Below, piece by piece: positions 18,172 to 29,387 of a DNA stretch of 64,000 bases (within the stretch, counting starts at the first letter, position 1; every line of letters starts with the position of its first letter). Both the position numbers and the translations under genes were made by a program. Origin of the DNA: an uncultured Bacteroidales bacterium (GTDB lineage: Bacteria > Bacteroidota > Bacteroidia > Bacteroidales > UBA10428); contig CAWBNI010000042.1 of assembly GCA_963790105.1 (NCBI GenBank), positions 27,235-91,234 of the forward strand, written 5' to 3'. The notes beneath the pieces were generated by a model. That model ran no database searches and was not told the DNA's origin. It saw only the letters and a list, made by a program, of their open reading frames with translations.

Positions 18172-19827
18172 ATGAAAATTGCACTCGCTCAACTGAACTA
18201 TACCATTGGAGCATTTGATGAAAATGTAAATAAGATAATATCGGCAATCCGCAGGGCCCGGCACGACAAAGCAGCCCTGGTTGTATTTTCTGAACTGGCT
18301 GTTTGTGGTTATCCTCCCCTGGACCTTCTCGAACACAGAAGCTTTATTGAGAAATGCGATGAGTCAATAATTAAGATTGCTGCCGAATGCCGTGATATTG
18401 CAGCCATTGTTGGCGGTCCATCGGTTAATCCCAATCCATCCGGCAAAAATCTGTACAATTCAGCTTATTTTCTGGCCGATGGTTCCATTCAAAAGGTGAT
18501 TAATAAAACCCTTCTGCCCACCTATGATATCTTTGATGAATACCGTTATTTTGAGCAGAATTCCGATTTCAGTCTGATCCAATACCAGGGTTACAATATT
18601 GCTGTCACTATTTGTGAAGACCTCTGGTTTCGCCAGCCGATCCTCACAGGATTCGGAAAGAACAGGTTATATTCAGTTTGCCCGATGGACAAACTTTCTT
18701 CGCTTGGTCCCGACTTTGTGATCAATCTTTCTGCATCTCCTTTTTCATGCAACCAGGGTGAGATCAAATCGGAGATCCTAATTGACAATGCCAGGCAATA
18801 CAGGATCCCAATTTATTATGTGAACCAGATCGGAGCCCATGCCGAACTTATTTTCGATGGCGGGTCCATGGCCGTGGATGCAAGGGGTGAAATAAAAAGA
18901 ATGAAACTTTTCGAAGAGGATTTCCAGGTTGTTGATACGGAAGATACCTCCCGGGGCGAAGGATTTTCGGTATATATTGATGAGGATAATGATGTTGAAC
19001 TGATTTACCATGCCCTGGTACTGGGGATCAGGGATTACTTTGGCAAGATGGGCCTGAAATCGGGAGTACTTGGCTTATCAGGAGGTATTGATTCGGCCGT
19101 TACGCTGGCCCTGGCAAGTGAAGCGCTGGGTGCATCTTTTATGAGGGTTTTACTGATGCCTTCGCAATATTCTTCCGGTCATTCAATTACCGACGCGGTG
19201 AAACTGGCAGAAAAACTGGGTGTCCGTTACGATATAGTGGATATCCGTTCGATCTACAGCGCATTTACCGAATCGCTTTCTGACTTGTTTAAAGGCAGGC
19301 AGCCTGACCTGAGCGAAGAAAATATCCAGGCCCGTATACGTGGGAACCTGCTCATGGCAGTTTCGAACAAATTCGGAAATATTCTGCTGAACACATCCAA
19401 CAAAAGTGAAGCAGCCGTGGGATATGGCACATTGTATGGCGACATGAGCGGCGGATTGTCTGTTCTGGGAGATGTATACAAAACCGATGTTTACCGCCTG
19501 GCGGCCTACATTAACCGCAATGAAGAAATTATTCCGCTGAACACGATCATCAAGCCACCTTCCGCTGAATTAAGGCCCGACCAAAAGGATTCTGATTCTC
19601 TCCCGGAATACGATATTCTGGATAAGATCCTGTTCAATTATATCGAATTAAAAAAATCAGTTGCAGAGATCATCCAGTTGGGAATCGATGAACGGGTTGT
19701 GGTAAAAACCATTAAGATGGTGAACCAGAATGAATACAAAAGGTACCAGACTCCACCGATACTGCGTGTTTCATCAAAAGCTTTCGGATCAGGCAGGGTG
19801 ATGCCTCTGGTTGCCAAATACGAGTGA
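18172..19827 (+). CDS. nadE: Glutamine-dependent NAD+ synthetase
   Basis: N-terminal nitrilase/CN-hydrolase domain (MKIALAQLNYTIG...FSELAVCGYPP...ICEDLW) plus C-terminal NAD synthetase domain (GLSGGIDSAV...). The stop TGA lies inside the first GTGACAA repeat unit. Confidence 0.9.
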   Translation: MKIALAQLNYTIGAFDENVNKIISAIRRARHDKAALVVFSELAVCGYPPLDLLEHRSFIEKCDESIIKIAAECRDIAAIVGGPSVNPNPSGKNLYNSAYFLADGSIQKVINKTLLPTYDIFDEYRYFEQNSDFSLIQYQGYNIAVTICEDLWFRQPILTGFGKNRLYSVCPMDKLSSLGPDFVINLSASPFSCNQGEIKSEILIDNARQYRIPIYYVNQIGAHAELIFDGGSMAVDARGEIKRMKLFEEDFQVVDTEDTSRGEGFSVYIDEDNDVELIYHALVLGIRDYFGKMGLKSGVLGLSGGIDSAVTLALASEALGASFMRVLLMPSQYSSGHSITDAVKLAEKLGVRYDIVDIRSIYSAFTESLSDLFKGRQPDLSEENIQARIRGNLLMAVSNKFGNILLNTSNKSEAAVGYGTLYGDMSGGLSVLGDVYKTDVYRLAAYINRNEEIIPLNTIIKPPSAELRPDQKDSDSLPEYDILDKILFNYIELKKSVAEIIQLGIDERVVVKTIKMVNQNEYKRYQTPPILRVSSKAFGSGRVMPLVAKYE

Positions 19828-19926
19828 CAAGGGACGGGGACAAGGGACAGAATTGCACTCAGAGACAGGATATTCTGTAACCCCTACCCTGCCGCGCTTG
19901 TCCCTCTGTCCCTCGTCCCTCGTCAC
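19822..19926. repeat. Inverted heptamer arms bridging convergent nadE and recQ stop codons
   Basis: Left arm GAGTGACAAGGGACGGGGACAAGGGACAG (19822-19850). Right arm CTTGTCCCTCTGTCCCTCGTCCCTCGTCAC (19897-19926) is its reverse-complement word family. 46-nt spacer. Both stop codons are the TGA of a GTGAC unit. Confidence 0.85.
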
Positions 19927-21833
19927 TTCTTCGACACCGCCAGTCGCATTTCTTCGTTCAGTTTCAATTCATCATTATCCAGCAGCCATTGCAGTACCTC
20001 TATCACTTTGTCGCGATGAACTGCAACCCGGTCAAATAATTCATCAGGAGATAAGGGTTCAAGATTAAGTACTGCCAGTATTTCTTCGCGTATGAGGTTA
20101 AATTCCTCCTGTCGGAGGACCGATTCTTTTTTTATCCTGCAGATATCGCATTCACCACAGGGTTCGGACCCGGGCTCACCGAAATATTCCAGCAGGGTTT
20201 GGCTCCTGCATTTGTCTGTTGATGAGGCATATTGCAACATTGCCTTAGCCCTTTCGGTATATCGTTCCCTCCTGGTCTGGAAATTTTCCCTTGAGATATA
20301 AATCGCCTTTTCATCCAGTCTTTCCTCAAAGAAAATAACCATGGGGGAGCGCTTCTGCGGGATATAGCTGATCACACCCAGCGCGACAAGCTTGTTAAGG
20401 TATTGTTTTACTACCTCCAGATCCACATTGGCTCTTTTGGCCAGCTGGATTTCATCAATTGCAGAATATTCGGTAAAGATACCGGTGTACGACCGAAGGA
20501 GGAGCTTGATAAATGCATCGAATGGAGAATTGGAAACCTGGAAGCGGTAAAGATCGTCGCGGTTAAGCAAAAATTTAATCCGGCTGGGATTATTAATTTC
20601 CTCTGTCACTTCAAGATATCCTTCCAGCTCAAGAATTTTCAGACTGCTGAAGGAGGTAAACGGGGAAAGACGGTAAGTGCGGGCAAATTCATTGTGATTA
20701 AAATCAAAAGACATCCCCTTTCCCCCGCCTACTGGGATTTGAAGGTAATTCCCCAGGGCCGAATACGTGCTTTTGATGGTTTGCATATCCGGAAAATTGG
20801 CGATGATCCGCTGGTTAACAGTGAGTATATCCGAAGCGGAATACAGGAGGATGGCAAATGCTTTCCTGCCATCACGGCCTGCCCGTCCTGCTTCCTGGAA
20901 ATAGGCTTCCGGAGAGTCCGGCATATCCACATGGATCACAAACCTGACATCGGCTTTGTCGATTCCCATTCCAAAAGCATTGGTGGCCACAATCACCCGT
21001 ATCTTACCCGTGGTCCAGTTTTGCTGCACCTCATTCCGCACCGGATGTTCCAAACCCGCGTTATAATAGGAAGCGGAGATACCTTCCCGCGTCATGGTTT
21101 TAGCGATCTCGATACTTTTTCTCCTGCTCCTCACATAAACAATACCGCTTCCCTTCAGCTTTCTTACCATATCCAGCACATCGCGGTCCTTGTTTTCAGT
21201 TGTCTTCACCGCGTAAATAAGGTTTTCCCTCCTGAAACTTGATTTCAGCAGATTTTTTGCTTTAAACTGCAGCTTAAGCTGGATATCCTCAATTACGGGT
21301 CTGGTTGCAGTGGCCGTTAGTGCCAGCACGGGTACCTCCGGATGAAATTGCCTGAGATCGGAGATTTTGAGATAGGAAGGTCTGAAATCATAACCCCATT
21401 GTGAAATACAATGTGCCTCATCTACGGTGATCAGGTTAACCGGCATATCCAGGAACCGTGTTCTGAACAGTTCAGTGGAAAGCCGTTCAGGTGAAACATA
21501 CAGGAATTTGTAGCCCCCGTAAAGGCAATTATTCAGAGCAACATCAATTTCATCACGGGTACATCCCGAATGTACGGCTACTGCCTTGATCTCCAATTTC
21601 TTCAGATTTTCAACCTGATCCTTCATCAGGGCAATCAACGGGGTGACCACCAGGCATAAGCCGGGCATTGTCATCGCAGGTACCTGAAATGTAAGTGATT
21701 TCCCCCCGCCGGTAGGCATAAGTCCCAATGTATCTTTTCCGGCAAGTACTGAACGGATGATTTCTTCCTGCAGAGGTCTGAAGGAGTTGAATCCCCAGTA
21801 TTTCCTAAGGGTATCGTGATAGTCGGACATCAA
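19923..21833 (-). CDS. recQ: ATP-dependent DNA helicase, RecQ family
   Basis: Intact 636-aa ORF with helicase motifs TGGGKS, DEAHCISQWGYDFRP, SAT-type LTATAT, ATNAFGMGIDK, QEAGRAGRDG and a RecQ C-terminal Zn-binding cysteine cluster (CR...C..CD.C). Confidence 0.9.
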   Translation of the reverse strand: MMSDYHDTLRKYWGFNSFRPLQEEIIRSVLAGKDTLGLMPTGGGKSLTFQVPAMTMPGLCLVVTPLIALMKDQVENLKKLEIKAVAVHSGCTRDEIDVALNNCLYGGYKFLYVSPERLSTELFRTRFLDMPVNLITVDEAHCISQWGYDFRPSYLKISDLRQFHPEVPVLALTATATRPVIEDIQLKLQFKAKNLLKSSFRRENLIYAVKTTENKDRDVLDMVRKLKGSGIVYVRSRRKSIEIAKTMTREGISASYYNAGLEHPVRNEVQQNWTTGKIRVIVATNAFGMGIDKADVRFVIHVDMPDSPEAYFQEAGRAGRDGRKAFAILLYSASDILTVNQRIIANFPDMQTIKSTYSALGNYLQIPVGGGKGMSFDFNHNEFARTYRLSPFTSFSSLKILELEGYLEVTEEINNPSRIKFLLNRDDLYRFQVSNSPFDAFIKLLLRSYTGIFTEYSAIDEIQLAKRANVDLEVVKQYLNKLVALGVISYIPQKRSPMVIFFEERLDEKAIYISRENFQTRRERYTERAKAMLQYASSTDKCRSQTLLEYFGEPGSEPCGECDICRIKKESVLRQEEFNLIREEILAVLNLEPLSPDELFDRVAVHRDKVIEVLQWLLDNDELKLNEEMRLAVSKK

Positions 21834-21906
21834 CCCCGGTTAATTGTATTTTTCAAACCAATATTACTTCTTTTTTTGTAATTTCGCACCATTTATAAAT
21901 ATTGCC

Positions 21907-23376
21907 ATGACACAACTCGCCAATAAAATCATCTTTGAAGCATTGACTTTTGATGATGTACTTTTGGTTCCCAGTTATTCCGAAGTTTTGCCAAAAGAAG
22001 TGGATATCACCAGTCAGCTTACAAGGAATATAAAGCTCAACGCACCAATTGTTTCCGCGGCGATGGATACGGTAACCGAATCCACACTGGCGATTGCCAT
22101 AGCCCGCGAGGGGGGCATCGGAGTTATTCACAAGAACATGAGTGTTGAGGAGCAGGCCAAGCAGGTGAAAACGGTAAAACGGGCTGAAAACGGGATGATC
22201 TACGATCCTATCACGATACGACCCAATGCAAATGTAGGAGATGCACTTACCCTGATGAAGGAGTACAAAATTGGCGGAATTCCTGTAGTTGACGGGCAGC
22301 ACAAACTGGTAGGCATTGTTACAAACCGGGATCTGCGATTTGAACATGAGCTTAGAAGGCCGATCCGCGAAATAATGACCAAGGAAAACCTGGTAACCAC
22401 AAGCCAGCAGACCACACTTGAAATGGCTGCTGACATACTTCAGAACTACAAAATAGAAAAGCTGCCGGTGGTGGATGACAATTATAAGCTGATTGGACTC
22501 ATCACCTATAAAGATATTACCAAGGCAAAGGACAGGCCCAATGCCTGCAAGGATACAATGGGAAGATTAAGGGTTGCTGCCGCAGTTGGTGTTACAAAAG
22601 ACACGCTCGAACGGATTGAAGCGCTTGTAAAATCGGATGTGGATGCCATCGTAATTGATACCGCACATGGCCATTCCTTGCGGGTTATGGAAACTCTTAA
22701 AAAAGCCAGGAAAAAATTCAGCAGTCTCGAAATTATTGTTGGCAATATTGCCACCGCTGAAGCAGCTCTTGCACTTGTAAAAGCCGGGGCAGACGGTGTA
22801 AAAGTAGGTATCGGACCTGGTTCCATTTGCACCACCCGCGTCATTGCAGGTGTGGGCGTTCCCCAGTTATCGGCTATTTTCAATGTGGCAGGCGCACTGA
22901 AAGATACAGGCGTTCCTGTCATTGCTGATGGGGGAATACGTTATTCAGGCGATATTGTCAAGGCCATTGCTGCCGGAGCCAGTTCAATAATGGCCGGTTC
23001 ATTGTTTGCCGGTGTTGAAGAATCACCGGGGGAAACCATCATTTATAACGGACGAAAATATAAATCATACCGGGGCATGGGTTCAATTGAAGCCATGCAG
23101 CAAGGTTCACGGGACCGCTATTTCCAGGATTCGGAAGATGATATTTTAAAGCTTGTGCCTGAGGGAATTGTTGCCCAGGTGCCCTTTAAAGGTTCTCTTT
23201 CAGAAGTGGTATATCAGATGATCGGCGGTTTGAGAGCCGGCATGGGATATTGCGGAGCGGGAAGTATTCCTGAACTCATGAATGCCAAATTTGTAAGGGT
23301 AACCTCTTCAGGTATCACGGAAAGCCATCCGCATGATGTTAATATCACAAGAGAGGCCCCTAATTACAGCCGATAA
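21907..23376 (+). CDS. guaB: IMP dehydrogenase
   Basis: Inner ATG at 21907 ([22 protein letters not shown]...), tandem CBS domains, catalytic loop [12 protein letters not shown]-terminal ...[14 protein letters not shown]. Confidence 0.95.
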   Translation: MTQLANKIIFEALTFDDVLLVPSYSEVLPKEVDITSQLTRNIKLNAPIVSAAMDTVTESTLAIAIAREGGIGVIHKNMSVEEQAKQVKTVKRAENGMIYDPITIRPNANVGDALTLMKEYKIGGIPVVDGQHKLVGIVTNRDLRFEHELRRPIREIMTKENLVTTSQQTTLEMAADILQNYKIEKLPVVDDNYKLIGLITYKDITKAKDRPNACKDTMGRLRVAAAVGVTKDTLERIEALVKSDVDAIVIDTAHGHSLRVMETLKKARKKFSSLEIIVGNIATAEAALALVKAGADGVKVGIGPGSICTTRVIAGVGVPQLSAIFNVAGALKDTGVPVIADGGIRYSGDIVKAIAAGASSIMAGSLFAGVEESPGETIIYNGRKYKSYRGMGSIEAMQQGSRDRYFQDSEDDILKLVPEGIVAQVPFKGSLSEVVYQMIGGLRAGMGYCGAGSIPELMNAKFVRVTSSGITESHPHDVNITREAPNYSR

Positions 23377-23404
23377 CATACACTTACATTACAGTAGTCT
23401 AATT

Positions 23405-25348
23405 ATGAAAAAATTAAGGAGCTTTGCACTGTTGCTAGTCTTTTTACCTCTTGCAGCCTGGTGCCAGGATGAGGTACTGCTTACAATCGGCGATCAGCCT
23501 GTGATGCGTTCGGAATTTGAACGGATATATCACAAGAATAACAGGGTGGACGGGTATGAACAAAAATCAGTGGAAGATTACCTTGAACTGTTTATTAATT
23601 TCAAATTGAAGGTACTGGAAGCTAAAAACCAGGGATATGATACCATGCGCTCCTTTGTTACAGAACTGGCAGGATACAGGGACCAGCTGGCAAAACCCTA
23701 TCTTCAGAACAGGAAGGTCATTGAAAGCCAGATAAAGGAAGCCTATGATCATACCATCAACGAGGTAAATGCCAGCCATATTATGGCAAAACTGCCGGCC
23801 AATCCCAGTCCTGCCGACACGCTCAAAGCCTATAATAAAATTATGGATATCCGTAAACGGATCCTGGCCGGTGAGTCATTTGAAAAAATTGCCCGTGAAG
23901 AGTCTGACGATCCGTCAGCCAAACAAAACGAAGGACGTCTCGGTTGGTTCTCCGCCTTTATGATGGTATTTCCTTTTGAAGATGCGGCGTATCGTACACC
24001 GGTGGGATCACTTTCAATGCCTGTAAGGTCGAAATATGGCTATCATCTTATTAAGGTAAATGCGGTAAGACCTGCGCTGGGTGAAATAAAACTGTCTCAC
24101 ATAATGACCCGGGCAACAAAAAATGATACTCCCGATAAAATAGCCCAGGCAAAGGATAAGATTTTCAAATACTACGATATGCTTAAAAACGGCACTCCCT
24201 TTGCTGAGGTAGCCCGGAATTATTCGGAAGATGCCGGGAGTGCAAAGTCCGGCGGACAAATGCGCTGGCTCAAGTCAGGTGAACTGCCTCCGGATATTGA
24301 AGAAGTGGTATATGCGCTGAATGACAGCAATGACTACAGCGTACCCCTGCAATCTGATTACGGGTGGCACATTTTCCAGTTGCATCAGAAACGTCCTGTG
24401 GCATCCTATGAAAAGATGAAGAACATTCTTGAGGAAAGAATAATGAGTGATGACAGGGGCAAGATAGCTGAGCAGTCAAAAATTGCTGAAATAATGAAGG
24501 AATCAGGCTTTGTGAAGTATTCCGAAAATATTGACGCAGTTGCCCAGGTAATGGATAGCGCTGTATATAAAGGCACCTGGAATCCTGCACCAGCCGGTGA
24601 CTTAATAGAACCTGTATTCGCTATTAACGGAAAGGAGTACACGCAAAATGACCTGGCTTCCTATATTATTCAAACAAAACGTTACCGGAAAGAGCTTACC
24701 CTGCTGCAGATTGCAAGAACAAAATGTGATGAACTGATAAACAAGGAACTGCTCGCTTATGAGAGTAGCCAGCTCGAACAAAAATACCCGGAATTCAAGT
24801 ATCTGATGGAAGAATATCATGATGGTATCCTGTTGTTCAATATAACCGACAACCAGGTGTGGAGTAAGGCTGTGAAGGATTCAGCAGGCTTAAAGGCTTA
24901 TTTTGCACTGCACCAGGGTGAGTATACCTGGAATGAGCGCGCAGATGTATCTGTTTATGCATTGAAAGATGCAGGCAAATTGAACGATGTGAAGAAACTC
25001 GCAGCGAAACGGTCATCCAAAAAATTGTCATCTGCAGAATTCATTAAAATGGTATGTCCGAACGATTCTGTTCCCTGCATGACAATTACAGATGGCCGCT
25101 ATGAGCAAGGCGATACGGCAGTCACAGGAAAATTCGCATGGAAGAAAGGCTCCGTGACGGTAAGTGATAATGGGAAAAAGGTAGTTTTTGTAAATGCCAT
25201 TCTGGCACCGGCTCCCAAGACATTAAATGAAATTCGCGGACAGGCTACCGCGGATTACCAGAATTATCTCGATCAGCAATGGATAGCTGAACTCAGGACA
25301 AAATATCCGGTGAAAATTAACCAGGAAGTATTAAAAAATGTCCGTTAA
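23405..25348 (+). CDS. Periplasmic peptidylprolyl isomerase with two parvulin domains (PpiC/PpiD/SurA-like)
   Basis: Inner ATG gives signal peptide MKKLRSFALLLVFLPLAAWCQ. Two rotamase domains (ASHIM...GRLGWFSA...YGYHLIKV and LSHIM...GGQMRWL...YGWHIFQL). Confidence 0.8.
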   Translation: MKKLRSFALLLVFLPLAAWCQDEVLLTIGDQPVMRSEFERIYHKNNRVDGYEQKSVEDYLELFINFKLKVLEAKNQGYDTMRSFVTELAGYRDQLAKPYLQNRKVIESQIKEAYDHTINEVNASHIMAKLPANPSPADTLKAYNKIMDIRKRILAGESFEKIAREESDDPSAKQNEGRLGWFSAFMMVFPFEDAAYRTPVGSLSMPVRSKYGYHLIKVNAVRPALGEIKLSHIMTRATKNDTPDKIAQAKDKIFKYYDMLKNGTPFAEVARNYSEDAGSAKSGGQMRWLKSGELPPDIEEVVYALNDSNDYSVPLQSDYGWHIFQLHQKRPVASYEKMKNILEERIMSDDRGKIAEQSKIAEIMKESGFVKYSENIDAVAQVMDSAVYKGTWNPAPAGDLIEPVFAINGKEYTQNDLASYIIQTKRYRKELTLLQIARTKCDELINKELLAYESSQLEQKYPEFKYLMEEYHDGILLFNITDNQVWSKAVKDSAGLKAYFALHQGEYTWNERADVSVYALKDAGKLNDVKKLAAKRSSKKLSSAEFIKMVCPNDSVPCMTITDGRYEQGDTAVTGKFAWKKGSVTVSDNGKKVVFVNAILAPAPKTLNEIRGQATADYQNYLDQQWIAELRTKYPVKINQEVLKNVR

Positions 25349-25398
25349 TTCTGAAATAACCATGAAGCTGTCACGTATACCTGATCCTCTTTGTTACT

Positions 25399-26208
25399 TT
25401 GGTTGGGTGTGCGAAGCCAACGGCCACTGTCACTGAAAAACCAGTGGCGCGTGTGCTGGATCATTATCTTTACAAATCCGACATGGCAGGATTTATTCCT
25501 GCCGGAATAACAGGTGCGGACAGTATTGCCATGGTGCGGGATTTTAAGGAAAGATGGATCAGGAATCAGTTATTGTTGAATAAGGCTGAACTGAATCTTA
25601 CGGATGAGGAGAAAAATGTGGAACAACAAATCGAAAATTACCGGAGTTCCCTGCTAATTTATGCCTACGAACAAAGCTATATAAGGCAACACCTGGATAC
25701 GGTAGTAACAGATACCGAAATTGAAAATTTCTATAAGGAGAACCAGTCGAATTTTATTCTCAACGGTGCGCTCATGAAGGGAGTTTTTATTAAAATTCCT
25801 GTGAAGGCACCCGATGCCTATAAGGTGAGGCAATGGTACAGGTCAGATAACCCGGAGAATATTAAGAGTCTGGAAGGATACTGCTTTAAGCATGCCACCG
25901 TATATGACCATTTTAATGACGGATGGGTAAAGCTCAATGAGGTATTGCCCATGATACCTGCAGTACCTGGTAATTCAGAGGCAGCCATCCTCTCAAGGAG
26001 GTATATAGAAACACGGGATACTGCATTTTTATATTTTCTGAATGCAAAAGAAATTGCTCCCTCGGGTAATGTTTCGCCCCTCGAAATCGTTAAGAATGAT
26101 ATTGAAAGTATTATTCTCAACAAACGAAAGATTAACCTGATCAATGAGCTGGAATCAAATATTTATTCCGATGCCCAGAATAGGGATCATTTTACAATTT
26201 ATCAATAA
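25399..26208 (+). CDS. Hypothetical lipoprotein of the guaB-PPIase-SurA cluster
   Basis: 269-aa ORF from TTG. The upstream ATG at 25362 (MKLS...) is in another frame, and a one-base correction near 25370 would give MKLSHVYLILFVTLVGC|AKP..., a lipoprotein signal. No family recognised. Confidence 0.5.
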   Translation: MVGCAKPTATVTEKPVARVLDHYLYKSDMAGFIPAGITGADSIAMVRDFKERWIRNQLLLNKAELNLTDEEKNVEQQIENYRSSLLIYAYEQSYIRQHLDTVVTDTEIENFYKENQSNFILNGALMKGVFIKIPVKAPDAYKVRQWYRSDNPENIKSLEGYCFKHATVYDHFNDGWVKLNEVLPMIPAVPGNSEAAILSRRYIETRDTAFLYFLNAKEIAPSGNVSPLEIVKNDIESIILNKRKINLINELESNIYSDAQNRDHFTIYQ

Positions 26209-26217
26209 ACAAACGCA

Positions 26218-27566
26218 ATGCGCAATTTTTTCTTAATCATTCTTTCCGTTTTTCCAGGTATTGCAGAATATTTCAGCCCAACGTAAAATTATTGATGAGG
26301 TGGTGGCTGTGGTAGGAGACAAGCGGATACTGTATTCGGATATAGAACAAAACTACCTGCAGCAAAAAGCCCAGGGGGAAAAGGTGGATGAAAATTCCAA
26401 ATGTGCGATTCTCGAAAATATGCTGGTTCAGAAGCTTTTGCTGAATCAATCCGAGATTGATAGTCTTGAAGTAACCGATTCGCAGGTGGATCAGGAACTT
26501 GATTCACGTATGAAGTATTTTATTAATGCTATTGGTTCACAGGAAAAACTGGAAGAATACTTTAAAAAAACAACTCTTGAGATAAAGGAGGATTTTCGTG
26601 ATGAGATCAGGGATGGATTGCTTAACCGGCAAAATGAGGCAAAAGATCACAGAAGGATTATCCGTTACACCTTCTGAAGTACAGGGCCTATTTTAAGACC
26701 ATTCCGCAGGACAGTCTGCCCGTATATCAATTCGGAAGTTGAGTATAACCAGATCCTCATGTACCCGAAATCAAATGAAAAATCGATCATTGATGTGAGA
26801 GAGAAGCTTCTCAACATCCGCGAAAGGATTATGAACGGTGAAAGCTTTGCAACTCTGGCTGTGGTTTATTCCGAAGATCCGCAATCAGCCGTTAAGGGTG
26901 GTGATATCGGGTGGATGACCAAAACAGAGCTCGAACCGGAGTATGCCAAGGTTGCTTTTACGCTTAAAAAAGGGACAGATTTCGAAGATCGTTGAAACTT
27001 CTTTTGGATTTCATATAATTCAATGTCTTGAAAGGACGGAAGACAGGGTTCATACAAGGCATATTTTACTGCGACCCACCATTGCACCTGATGAAAAGAG
27101 ACATATTATCGCCCGGCTCGACAGTGTGATCCGGCTGGTGCGGCTGGATTCAGTGAAATTTGATGTGGCCGCCATCCGATGGAGTGAGGACCAGGACACT
27201 AAGACTAAACGGGGGACAGGCCGTTAATCCTTATAAGGGAGGTACATTCTGGGGAATGGATGAGTTTCGTCCGAATGAATTGAGCATCATCAATAGTCTG
27301 AAGGTAGGTGAGATTTCTGAACCTTATGAATCCATGGACAGCAAGGGAAAGACTGTTACAAGGTGATCTGGTTGAAGAAACGGACAAATCCCCATGTGGG
27401 AAATCTGAAAGATGATTATAATCTTTTCAAGGCCAGGGCTGCACAGTCCAAACAGAATGACCTGGTTAACGAATGGGTAGAAGAGAAAATTAAGACGACC
27501 TATATAAAGATTTCCGATAAGTACAGAAGTTGTCCGTTTGCAATGCATGGATGGCTTAAAAATTAG
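26218..27566 (+). pseudogene. SurA-like periplasmic chaperone / parvulin PPIase (frame interrupted about 5 times)
   Basis: Signal peptide in the ATG frame (MRNFFLIILSVF) switches at the T5 run 26249-26253 to ...QNISAQRKIIDEVVAVVGD (SurA N-domain). Parvulin segments (FATLAVVYSEDP..GGDIGW; FGFHIIQ; HTRHILL...) lie in ORFs 26759, 26943, 27160 and 27363. Confidence 0.7.
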
Positions 27567-27600
27567 GTTATCTGAAAAGAAACCTTAATGACAGTAAATT

Positions 27601-29104
27601 TTGATTTTTAGCAGAAAATCTCTTCTCTGTGGGCTGTTCCTGATTATAGCAGGAGTCCTTCATTCCCAGGTGCCCAAAAAGGTGGAGCATCACGAGAACT
27701 TTATGGAGTTTGACAAGAGTATTGCGGGAGGTGCCTACCGTCTTATTGGAAATGTTTCGTTTAAACATGAAGGAGCACTGATGTATTGCGACAGTGCCTA
27801 CTTTTATGCCAGCAGCAACTCATTGGATGCATTCAGCAATGTTCATATCGTTCAGGGTGATACGGTGGACCTTTACGGGGAATTTTTGCATTACGAAGGA
27901 AATACGAGGATTGCACAAATCAGGCAAAAGGTAAGCTGATCGGTAAGAATACAAAATTAGCTCACCCGGGCCCTCGATTTTGACCTGGGCCGGAATATCG
28001 GCTATTATAAAAATCATGCGGATATTGAAAGCGGTGAAAATAAACTCAGCAGCCGCCAGGGATATTATTATTCAAGGGAACAGATGTATTATTTCAGAGA
28101 CTCTGTAATACTGCGGAATCCTGACTATACTATCTATTCTGATACACTCCAGTACCTGACCACCACCAAAGTGGCCTTTTTTTTCGGCCCTACCCGGATT
28201 ATTGGGGACAGCAGTTATATTTATTGTGAAAAAGGATGGTATAACACGGAGACTAACAAGAGCATGCTTAAACAGAAAGCATGGGTAAGAAACAAAAAGC
28301 AGACCATCCGCGGCGATAGTTTGTATTATGAGAGGGAAACCACGTATGGCGAGGGATTCAGTAATATAGAATTACTTGATGAGGAACAGAACATAATTCT
28401 TCGTGGTAACCATGCATTCGTGAACCAGCTTGAGAACCGGGCCTTGCTGACAGACAGTGCCATGTTTATCTATATTATGGAAGATGATTCGGCATTTGTG
28501 CATGCTGATACGCTGAGAACAATGACAGATTCTGCCGGGCACCGGCTGTTGAAAGGATATCACCATGTGCGGTTGTTTAAATCCAATCTTCAGGGTATTT
28601 GTGATTCATTATTTTACACAACCCGGGACTCTATTCTGAAGTTATATCATAAACCCGTCCTGTGGTCGGGAGGAAACCAGCTTTCTTCGGAATATATTGA
28701 AATCTGGACAAAAAACAGGGAAGTCCACGAGTTGCATATGCAACAGCTTGCCTTCCTGATTAACCAGGAGGATTCCACGAGATTTAACCAGATCAAGGGG
28801 AAAACAATGATTTGCCATTTCGAACACAATCAGCTATATCGCATTGATGTAAACGGAAACGGGCAAACGGTATATTATGCCAAAGACAAGGACGATCATG
28901 ATCGGGGTAAATGTTGCACAAAGCAGTGACCTTGTGATCACAGTGAAGGATAATAAACCGGATATCATCCGTCTTTATAACAAAGCCAACGGCAACGTTA
29001 TATCCGGTTGGACTGGCTCCAAAAGAAGAATTGATCCTGAAAGATTTTAAATGGAATGAATCTCTGCGACCCGTAAACAGATTCGATATATTCAGAAAAT
29101 ACTA
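27601..29104 (+). pseudogene. OstA-like (LptA/LptD N-terminal type) envelope protein (frame interrupted about 3 times)
   Basis: TTG start with signal peptide MIFSRKSLLCGLFLIIAGVLHSQ. OstA-like repeats (GNVSFKHEGALMYCDSAYFY..., VILRNPDYTIYSDTLQY...). The reading frame continues in other frames to TAA at ~29102-29104. Confidence 0.6.
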
Positions 29105-29323
29105 ATACTCATCTTCATTGAAGAAGAAATCATCTTTGCTGGGATAATCCGGCCACAAATCCTCAATGCTTTCATAGATTTCCCCTTCATCTTCAATTTC
29201 CTGTAAGTTTTCAATTACTTCAAGGGGTGCACCCGAGCGAATGGCAAAATCGATCAACTCCTCCTTGCTGGCAGGCCAGGGTGCATCTTCAAGTTTTGAT
29301 GCTAATTCGAGTGTCCAATACAT
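29102..29323 (-). CDS. Small acidic protein, DUF2795-like
   Basis: Intact 73-aa ORF (...WPASKEELIDFAIRSGAPLEVIENLQEIEDEG...). The WPASKxELI/ApxeVI pattern matches my memory of DUF2795. Confidence 0.5.
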   Translation of the reverse strand: MYWTLELASKLEDAPWPASKEELIDFAIRSGAPLEVIENLQEIEDEGEIYESIEDLWPDYPSKDDFFFNEDEY

Positions 29324-29387
29324 ATGGGTGTAACTTTAATGAGATCTTATTTTAAAAATTGTGCAAATATAAAAAATTAAACAAGAA

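Noticed and set aside
20403-21242. Long ORFs antisense to well-supported genes. Examples: 20403-21242 vs recQ, 10815-11417 vs meaB, 42035-42685 vs sigma/FecR, 59578-60297 and 61015-61542 vs mutS2, 53359-53850 and 51886-52356 vs GH115, 4929-5444 vs DUF4270, 15770-16258 vs the M1 peptidase, 21853-22347 and 22506-22922 vs guaB.
   Set aside because: The opposite strand in each case encodes a protein with clear family motifs. The antisense translations are low-complexity or Ser/Pro/Arg-rich with no recognisable domains. These are typical shadow ORFs.
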